Assembly (NCBI RefSeq): GCF_002087085.1
Contig: NZ_MWQY01000005.1
Span: forward strand, 186,001 to 216,610
DNA: 30,610 nucleotides
Direction: 5' to 3'
Shown here: piece by piece, positions 23,636 to 30,610 of the stretch
Layout: each line of letters opens with the position of its first letter
Numbering within the stretch: position 1 is the first letter of the stretch
Program-made: the position numbers and the translations under genes
Notes under the pieces: generated by a model
What the model saw: the letters and a program-made list of their open reading frames with translations, nothing else
Databases searched by the model: none
What the model was told of the DNA's origin: nothing

Positions 23636-24348
23636 GTTTTCCCCTTACCCCGGGGAAGTCACTGCTTCACCGTTACGACCCGCGGCTCAAGCTTGTCGTG
23701 CTGCTTGCCGCAGCAATGGGGGTACATCGGGCATCCGTGGCGGAACTTTCCGTTATGGCCCTGGGGCTGAGCATCGCACTTCCGGTTTTCCTTTCCCCCC
23801 GGCGTATTGCCCTGAGACAGATATGCTCCGCCTTTCGATTTGCCCTGGTACTCCTGATTCTGTCCATCGCAGCGGCGGGGGCATCTTCCTTTTCCATACT
23901 TCTCGCGTTTTCCACGCGCCTGTATACCTGGGTTGTTCTGGGCTTTCTTTACATCGGGACCACCAGTGTTTCTCAAATCCGCGGAACCTTCTACGCCCTC
24001 AGCCGATGGATCCCCGGTTTTCCGGCAGCCTCGTTTGCCCTTATGATATCCATAACCTTGAGTTTTCTGCCCCGTTTTGACCGTGCCCTGACAAGCGGGC
24101 GGGAAGCCCTGGCATCAAGGGGGGGCGTTCCATGGTACCGGCCTGTAAGGAAAATAAAGGCTATAAGTATCCCTCTGCTTCTGCGTACTGTCAGACAGTC
24201 AGTTCAGTTAAGCGAGGCCCTGTATGCAAGGGGATTCCACGAAAACCGGTCATTTCCCCTTGGAAAAATACCCCGGCTGCAATTGCTTGTCACCGCCGCA
24301 ATTATCGCGACACACCTCTGGTTTACGGTTTTTTTTCGTATACCTTGA
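23632..24348 (+). CDS. ECF transporter T component (BioN/EcfT/CbiQ-like)
   Basis: SLLHRYDPRLKL, hydrophobic helices and two X-R-G motifs (ASRG, ARG). ATGA overlap with the ATPase gene. Confidence 0.85.
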   Translation: MSFPLTPGKSLLHRYDPRLKLVVLLAAAMGVHRASVAELSVMALGLSIALPVFLSPRRIALRQICSAFRFALVLLILSIAAAGASSFSILLAFSTRLYTWVVLGFLYIGTTSVSQIRGTFYALSRWIPGFPAASFALMISITLSFLPRFDRALTSGREALASRGGVPWYRPVRKIKAISIPLLLRTVRQSVQLSEALYARGFHENRSFPLGKIPRLQLLVTAAIIATHLWFTVFFRIP

Positions 24349-24377
24349 AGGCTATCTCAGGTTATACTCCTTGTAAG

Positions 24378-26285
24378 ATGAAATTTCTGTTTCCTGATCA
24401 TCAAAGCAGATGGCTTCTATGGTTAATGGATGCCGATGCCAAAGAAGAAAACGATTTTAAGGTAATTCTCGGTGTTCTCCGACGCTTTGCGAGTTTTACC
24501 GTCCCTATCCGCGAAATCACCCGTCAGGGGATAGATTTTCGAAGCAGCAGCATAATCAAGAAGATGCTCAAGGAGGGCTACCTCCGCTTAAGTAAAAGTG
24601 AGTTCGAGATCCATCAGCGCTATCTGAACAACCGGGCGGAAATAGAGAAGGAGCTGCATGAGACCTACACAGCCTTCAGTAAGGCAGCAGTTCCCGTGTC
24701 CACCCGTTTTCCTTCCAGCGTTTTCAGCATTCTTCCCGAGGACGCGGAGCACATTTCGCCCGAGGAACTTGACAGCCTGAAGCGGAGGGGAGAAGCAAAG
24801 GCCAGAGGAGTTTTGGAGATTCTGTTCGACAAGAATCAGCTTCCTCCCATACTGCTTCACGGAGAGTTCCTCGAAGAATTTCCTCTTATCTGCTGGCGAA
24901 AGATACGATATCACCTGGCCCTCCTGGCGGGGGAAAATGCGGATGTCTTTTCCGACAAGATCAGCACCTACAAGAACCTTATACTCGGGCGTCCGCGGGA
25001 GCTTCTGGAAAACGGCCTCTCCAGAGTCCAGCACCGAACGGAAAAGGAGTTCAGGGAGGAGGCGACCAGGCTTGTCATGGACAGGATTATCGCTTCCGGC
25101 GATGCCAGTCGTCAGGTTCTGTCGGATCTGGTGTCTCCGGATAACAGTTACATATTGACACGGTACAGTTATGACAACCCGGAGGACTTTGATTTTCTCC
25201 AGAGTCTCACGGTTCTGGAGAAAATGCAGACAGCGAAAGAAAAGCGCCGCATTGTAACGCCGGAGGATTATTTACATATTCTCCGGGACACGATCAATCT
25301 GTGCATATCCGCGGCGGATCTCGTGCAGACTGCTGAAAACACTTTTCCTGAAATTCCACCGGAGGAGCTTAAGAAAACCTTCCAGCTTTTCCAGAAAAAC
25401 CATGTGGGTATGGGATCGGAAATGCCGGAAGCCCTGAGTTTTACCCCTCCCGGTGGGACCCTCATGCTGATTCACCGGGACAACCTGGAAGCCTATCTTG
25501 ATGCCAGAGGCGCACGATTGAACTCGGGGATCCGTGACAAGCTCCATATACGCTGGAATGAACTCATGGAGCGACACCGCTTCGAAGACGCCATGCTTAC
25601 AGACAAGGCCTTTCGCGATCTGATACAAAAGACCGCCGCCCAGCTCCAGCCCGATACGGCCGCTCTTCTACGGAGTACTTCCCTCTACGAGTTTCTATCA
25701 AAGAGGAAGAGCAGGAGCGATTTTATCCGCCGTCTTCAGGAGTATCCCTGGGGCCAGACGGATCGTATTTTTCATATCAACCGCGAAGAACTCTATAACG
25801 AAATTTATCGTTCCATCTATTCCCGCTATTCCTGGCTCGGTTCCATCCTGTACCGTTTTTTACACTGGATTGCCAGGTCCGTGTTCCTGAATCAACCGGA
25901 GAACGGGGAGGATAAGGGAAAGACCTCTGTATCAGCTGAAAAAGAGGAGAGCAGCGAAACTGACATCCTGAAGCAGGTCGGACTCTCCGACAAGCGGGAA
26001 GCCGCAGATACCCTCTCCGCCCTGTGGGAGAAGCTTCCGGCGGACATTCTTCCCCGGGAGGAGATCGACCGGAACATTCTTACCGAGTTGAACGCTTTTT
26101 ATAACGAACGTTCCGAGGTGGTTTTCGGTGCTTTATCGGTAATAACAGAACGGAACCTCCGAAGGGTACTGCAGCAGGCAAGCCACCTTGAAGGTTACTC
26201 CCAGGCCTTGAGGGAGTACATGGAATGCAAGATGATTACAATAATCGCCTCCCGCTCGGACCTGAGGGCAAAAACGAGACCGTGA
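24378..26285 (+). CDS. Hypothetical protein, 635 aa, largely helical
   Basis: Long ORF filling the gap between the ECF T gene and lhr. Start at ATG 24378 avoids overlap and follows TATACT (24363-24368). No motif recognised. Confidence 0.75.
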   Translation: MKFLFPDHQSRWLLWLMDADAKEENDFKVILGVLRRFASFTVPIREITRQGIDFRSSSIIKKMLKEGYLRLSKSEFEIHQRYLNNRAEIEKELHETYTAFSKAAVPVSTRFPSSVFSILPEDAEHISPEELDSLKRRGEAKARGVLEILFDKNQLPPILLHGEFLEEFPLICWRKIRYHLALLAGENADVFSDKISTYKNLILGRPRELLENGLSRVQHRTEKEFREEATRLVMDRIIASGDASRQVLSDLVSPDNSYILTRYSYDNPEDFDFLQSLTVLEKMQTAKEKRRIVTPEDYLHILRDTINLCISAADLVQTAENTFPEIPPEELKKTFQLFQKNHVGMGSEMPEALSFTPPGGTLMLIHRDNLEAYLDARGARLNSGIRDKLHIRWNELMERHRFEDAMLTDKAFRDLIQKTAAQLQPDTAALLRSTSLYEFLSKRKSRSDFIRRLQEYPWGQTDRIFHINREELYNEIYRSIYSRYSWLGSILYRFLHWIARSVFLNQPENGEDKGKTSVSAEKEESSETDILKQVGLSDKREAADTLSALWEKLPADILPREEIDRNILTELNAFYNERSEVVFGALSVITERNLRRVLQQASHLEGYSQALREYMECKMITIIASRSDLRAKTRP

Positions 26286-29200
26286 AGGCAGGCTCAGGCT
26301 CTCCGGCCCTGAACGGGTTCTCTCCTCTGGTATCAGACTGGTTTTTTCAGCGTTTCGATTTTCCCACAGAAGCGCAGAAACTCGTCTGGCCGGTCGCCCG
26401 CCGGGGGGAGAATCTGCTTCTGACCTCTCCCACCGGTACAGGGAAAACCCTGGCAGCTTTTTTATCATCCCTGGATTCTCTTATACGGGGAGACTGGGAC
26501 CCCGGCGTTCTTTCGGTTCTGTATGTCTCGCCCCTGAAGGCCCTTAACCGGGATATCAGGTTAAACCTGGAAGAGCCTCTGGAAGAGCTGCGCAACCTGG
26601 CACGGGAGAAGAGCCTGCAGTTTCCGGATATCCGGATAGAGACCCGCAGCGGTGACACCGATAACTACAGACGCCGCCGCATGCTGGATAAGCCGCCGGC
26701 GATTCTTATAACGACCCCGGAGAGCCTCAATATTCTGCTGGCAACTCAAAGGGGGCGCGCAATATTTTCCAGTCTGCGCTGTGTAATTCTCGACGAGATT
26801 CATGCGCTTGCCGGGAACAAGCGGGGAACCCAGCTTGTAAGCGCCCTGGAACGTCTTGCTCTTCTGCTTCCTGAAAGGCGGGAGTTTCAGCGGATCGCCC
26901 TTTCCGCCACCCTGGCGGATCCCGGAATTGTCGCAGCCTTTGCGGCGGGTTTTCGGGCCGATGGGCTGCCGAGAAAGATGCAGGTACTGGAATCCGGGGA
27001 CCGGAAAAAATACGATCTTCGGATCGAAGCCATTCCGGATTTCGAACCGGAAAGCCGTGAAAACTCGGACACCCCCTGGAAGCGTCTGGCTGAACAGCTG
27101 AAGCCGGAAATACAGTCCGGCGGATCGAGCCTTGTCTTTGTCAATTCCAGGCGCCTGGCGGAGAAAATAGCCTTTCTTCTTAACCGCGATGAGGAGGAAC
27201 CCCTGGCTTATGCCCATCACGGTTCCCTCTCAAAAGAGATCCGGACCCTGGTCGAAGAGCGCCTCAAGAGCGGTAAACTGCGCTGTATTGTAGCCACCAA
27301 CTCCCTCGAGCTCGGCATCGACATAGGAGAACTGGATCGTATTATTCTGGTACAGACCCCCTTCTCTCTCTCTTCTGCGGTCCAGAAGATCGGCAGGGCC
27401 GGTCACTCGGTGGGGGGAATAAGCCGCGGAAAACTGTTCTGCAGCCACGGAAGGGATTTTCTCAGCGCCCTCAGCCTCGCCCGGGGACTCAGAGAGGGTA
27501 TTCTGGAAAAGATTGTCCCCCCCCGTCTCTGTCTGGATGTTCTTGCCCAGATCGTTATCGGTGAGGCCCTGGCGGGCGAAAAAAATGCGGAAAAAATCTA
27601 CAAAACCTTGCAGCAGAGCTATCCTTACCGTGACCTTGACCGGGAGAGTTTTTACGGGGTTCTGGAAATGCTTCAGGGTTTTTACCATGGAATCCGGGTC
27701 AACCAGCTGCCGGGAAGAATACGGCTGAAGGACGGACAGATTGAGGTTCTTCCCTCCGGCCGCAGCGCCCTCTTCTCTTCCGGCGGCACGATACCCGACC
27801 GGGGATACTATATTCTCAAGGAAGCTGACAGGAGTTCCGGTTCATCCGTCATCGGAGAACTGGACGAAGAGTTCGTGTGGGAACGCAGGACAGGTGATGT
27901 CTTTACCTTCGGAACCAGGAACTGGCGCATTGTCGGGATCAGCCCGCGGACTGTGGAGGTTCGCCCGACGGCATCACCCGTCAATTCAAGCACTTTTTAC
28001 CGTGCCGAGCCGCTTTACAGGGATTACGCTGCCCAGAGGCTCTGTGGAGAGATCCTTGGTGAGTACTTTTCCCGCAGACTCCTCCCGGATTCCCTGGAAA
28101 GCAGATTCAATGTATCCCGGGAGGGCGGCGAAAAGCTCAGGGACTATCTGCACCGGCTGGAAAATCAGGGTGTCACACCCCATGGGCAGAGGATTATCGC
28201 AGAGTATACCCGGGGATCGCGGGGGGCGGAATCCCCGTATCTGGTTTTCATTCACACCCTCTGGGGTGGACGCTGTAATGCCCCCCTGGCACTCGCTCTG
28301 GAGGAGCTGCTGCGAAAAAAGGATTCCCCCGCAAGTGTAAGCTGGGATAATGATTCCATACTGATCACTTCTCCCCAGGCACTGGAAGAAGGGCTTCTTT
28401 TTCAGTGCAGGACCGGGGAAATCACCGGGATGATTGAGTCCGGCCTGGTAAAGAGCGGGATCTTCGGTGCCCGCTTTCGGGAGGCCGCCGCGCGAAGCCT
28501 TGTCATCGCCCGGACACGTTACGGTGAGCGGACCCCGCTGTGGCTCAGCCGTCTGCGGGCGAAGCGGCTGCTTTCGGCAGTCGCGGACAAACAGGGCTTT
28601 CCCCTTCTTCAGGAAGCTCTCAGAGAGTGCCTTGAGGAACTCTTCGACATACCCCTTCTAATATCTCTCCTGAACTCTGTGGAACGTGGTGATATCGAAT
28701 ACCGGGAGGTCACTACCGGGAAGCCCTCGCCCCTCTGCTCCGGTTCCTTCTGGGAGCAGATGAACGCCCAGATCTACAGCGATGATGTCCCGGAGATCTC
28801 CATCCGGACACGAGGAGAATGGGCGTACAGGATAGCTGCAGGAGAAGTCCTGCGACCTCGGATTGACGATCAGATAGTCAGGGATTTTACTGCCCGCCTT
28901 CGACGTCTTGCCAGGGGGTATCGGCCGGAAAACATACAGGAACTCGAAGACATTCTGAAGGAACGGCAGGTCATACCTGCCGCTGAACTCGAAGGATTCA
29001 CGGCAGAACTTGATCTGCCGGCGGATACGGATTTTCCCTGGAAAATAGTGGGAGAAGCCCGACGCTGGGCCGTTCATAAGGAAAGAATAAAAACCCTTCA
29101 GCGCTATCTGGGACCGGAAGGCAGAGGAGACGAAGAGTTTCGGGAGATTTTTCTCTCCTGGCTCTACTACGAAGGGCCCTGCTACCCGGAGGATCTTATC

Positions 29201-30538
29201 CTGAACTCTCCCTTCAATACCGACCTTGTACGGGAATTTCTCCAGGTAGAGACGGAAGAAGAGAGTCTGGTCAATGATTACATCAGCAGCGGCGCTGAAG
29301 GGCTACAGCTGATCCATCGTGAAGGATATGAGTTTCTCCTGGGTTTTTCCAGAAGCCGCGGAAAAGTTTCCGCCTGGCGGCCGCTTCCATTGAACCGCTA
29401 TTACGAATTTCTTTCCCGCCACCAGGGGGTGGATTCCCCGGGTACGGCGGAAGACGTAGTCTTTACCCTCGAGGGTTTCAGGCTGGTACCGGAGATATGG
29501 GAGAACGCCGTGTTTCCCCGGCGCATGAAAGCCTATTCCAGAGAGAAGATAGACTCGCTTCTGGAAGACCGGGAAATCGTCTGGATCGGCGCTCCCAGAG
29601 GAGAGATTTCTTTCTTCAGGAGGGAAAATATTGATTGTGCAACCCGGGCCCGGCAGGGCGGTGATCAGGTTCTACCCTCCACTGGAGGATTTACCTTCTG
29701 GGAGATCGTCGATATGTGGGGAAAAAGCTCACGGGAAACACTCCAGCTGCTGTGGAAGGAGCTCCGCAGGGGGAGAATCAGCTGCGACAGCTGGACAACT
29801 CTTTTAAAGGGGCCCCCGAATCTGCCCGAAGAACCCCGGACCGGACGCTCCGGTTTTGCCCGCTGGAAATCCCGGCTTCCCCTTAAGGGGAACTGGTTTT
29901 CCGTACCACGACCCGCGGAAGAACCGGATGAACTGGAAAAGCTGGATAGCGCCAGGGCTGCAGTTCGCCTCCTGTTCGGCAGATATCCTGTTCTGTTCCG
30001 GGAAGAGCTTCACCGGGAGGTTTTTCCCTTCCGATGGAGGGATATTTTTACGGCCCTTCGTCTGATGGAGTTCTCCGGTGAAATTATCAGCGGGGCTTTT
30101 ATAGAGGATGTCCCGGGGATCCAGTTTACCCTGCCGGATTATCTTCCCCGTCTTGCCGGGGTAATCGATGATTCTGAATATCCGGATCGCCTGACAGTCC
30201 TTCATGTCAACGATCCGGCCTCTCCGGCAGGAGTCCCCCTGGAAAATCCGCCGGACTCGGCACCTCCCCGGCGGGGAGACCATTGGGCAGTCTACCGTAA
30301 CGGAAGGACCGTGCTGGTCTACGGGAAGAAATCAGGGCGCCTGGAAGTACAGGACAGGGCTGCTTTCCCCGAAGCCATGGAGAAGCTCGTAAACATTCTG
30401 AAGGACCTGCCCTCCCATGGGGGAAAAATCAGCCTTCGAAGCGTAAACAACACCCCGGTCCACAGCTCCGATATTACGGAGGATCTTAGATCCCTCGGAT
30501 TTGTTGCAGGCCTCAGGGATTTTTCCCTCTACTCCTGA
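26282..30538 (+). CDS. lhr: Lhr family SF2 ATP-dependent helicase, full length with C-terminal domain
   Basis: SPTGTGKT, YVSPLKAL, TTPESL, DEIH, SAT, FVNSR, HHGSL, ATNSLELGID, QKIGRAGH, GGTIPDRG, GELDEEFV, FGARFRE.A.R.L and a C-terminal domain with G.F......QF and NDPASP.G. GTG start overlaps the upstream stop (GTGA); the ORF track gives 26225. Confidence 0.9.
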   Translation: MKAGSGSPALNGFSPLVSDWFFQRFDFPTEAQKLVWPVARRGENLLLTSPTGTGKTLAAFLSSLDSLIRGDWDPGVLSVLYVSPLKALNRDIRLNLEEPLEELRNLAREKSLQFPDIRIETRSGDTDNYRRRRMLDKPPAILITTPESLNILLATQRGRAIFSSLRCVILDEIHALAGNKRGTQLVSALERLALLLPERREFQRIALSATLADPGIVAAFAAGFRADGLPRKMQVLESGDRKKYDLRIEAIPDFEPESRENSDTPWKRLAEQLKPEIQSGGSSLVFVNSRRLAEKIAFLLNRDEEEPLAYAHHGSLSKEIRTLVEERLKSGKLRCIVATNSLELGIDIGELDRIILVQTPFSLSSAVQKIGRAGHSVGGISRGKLFCSHGRDFLSALSLARGLREGILEKIVPPRLCLDVLAQIVIGEALAGEKNAEKIYKTLQQSYPYRDLDRESFYGVLEMLQGFYHGIRVNQLPGRIRLKDGQIEVLPSGRSALFSSGGTIPDRGYYILKEADRSSGSSVIGELDEEFVWERRTGDVFTFGTRNWRIVGISPRTVEVRPTASPVNSSTFYRAEPLYRDYAAQRLCGEILGEYFSRRLLPDSLESRFNVSREGGEKLRDYLHRLENQGVTPHGQRIIAEYTRGSRGAESPYLVFIHTLWGGRCNAPLALALEELLRKKDSPASVSWDNDSILITSPQALEEGLLFQCRTGEITGMIESGLVKSGIFGARFREAAARSLVIARTRYGERTPLWLSRLRAKRLLSAVADKQGFPLLQEALRECLEELFDIPLLISLLNSVERGDIEYREVTTGKPSPLCSGSFWEQMNAQIYSDDVPEISIRTRGEWAYRIAAGEVLRPRIDDQIVRDFTARLRRLARGYRPENIQELEDILKERQVIPAAELEGFTAELDLPADTDFPWKIVGEARRWAVHKERIKTLQRYLGPEGRGDEEFREIFLSWLYYEGPCYPEDLILNSPFNTDLVREFLQVETEEESLVNDYISSGAEGLQLIHREGYEFLLGFSRSRGKVSAWRPLPLNRYYEFLSRHQGVDSPGTAEDVVFTLEGFRLVPEIWENAVFPRRMKAYSREKIDSLLEDREIVWIGAPRGEISFFRRENIDCATRARQGGDQVLPSTGGFTFWEIVDMWGKSSRETLQLLWKELRRGRISCDSWTTLLKGPPNLPEEPRTGRSGFARWKSRLPLKGNWFSVPRPAEEPDELEKLDSARAAVRLLFGRYPVLFREELHREVFPFRWRDIFTALRLMEFSGEIISGAFIEDVPGIQFTLPDYLPRLAGVIDDSEYPDRLTVLHVNDPASPAGVPLENPPDSAPPRRGDHWAVYRNGRTVLVYGKKSGRLEVQDRAAFPEAMEKLVNILKDLPSHGGKISLRSVNNTPVHSSDITEDLRSLGFVAGLRDFSLYS

Positions 30539-30560
30539 CTTTTGGACACCTCTTAAAAAC

Positions 30561-30569
30561 TGATATGAT
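30561..30569 (+). promoter_or_regulatory. Possible extended -10 promoter for a gene beyond the window
   Basis: TGaTATGAT in the AT-rich sequence after the lhr stop, with TTGGAC 16 nt upstream of the -10 hexamer. Confidence 0.3.
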
Positions 30570-30610
30570 GTGACCTTTGTCAAGGTTTATTTTTCTTTCA
30601 CGAAACAAAA

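Noticed and set aside
24132..24377. ORF-track N-terminal extensions (also 1109, 5337, 12418, 20939, 22727, 26225)
   Set aside because: Most overlap neighbouring genes, and none adds homologous-looking sequence. Downstream starts fit RBS, promoter or stop-start overlap evidence better.
1..30610. Mobile elements, defence systems, tRNA/rRNA genes
   Set aside because: No transposase, integrase, terminal repeats, cloverleaf or rRNA-like sequence was seen, and all intergenic gaps are under 250 bp.

Overview
A gene-dense, moderately GC-rich bacterial chromosomal segment. It is probably from a free-living spirochaete; this is inferred from the spirochaete-style lipoproteins, the long phosphohexomutase and FabV/Ter, and was not verified by a search. 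Left part: dapL (5'-truncated), a phosphohexomutase, trpS, an AI-2E transporter and a gamma-carbonic anhydrase. Centre: an 1842-aa single-chain acyl-CoA carboxylase with eukaryote-like architecture (BC-BCCP-central-CT), transcribed divergently from a type II fatty-acid synthase operon, fabH-fabD-fabG-fabF-fabZ-fabV. Four copies of a 19-bp palindrome (TGTCGGYC-N3-GRCCGAYA) lie in the acc/fabH and fabH/fabD spacers, next to promoters and ribosome-binding sites, suggesting an unrecognised fatty-acid regulon operator. Right part: a queuosine-precursor transporter, three tandem LPP20-like lipoproteins, a small HMA-like protein without CxxC, a birA-bioY-ECF(A,T) biotin operon with a BirA box over the birA start region, a 635-aa hypothetical protein and a full-length Lhr helicase. 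Several genes look leaderless. No mobile elements, CRISPR arrays, rRNA or tRNA genes were seen.
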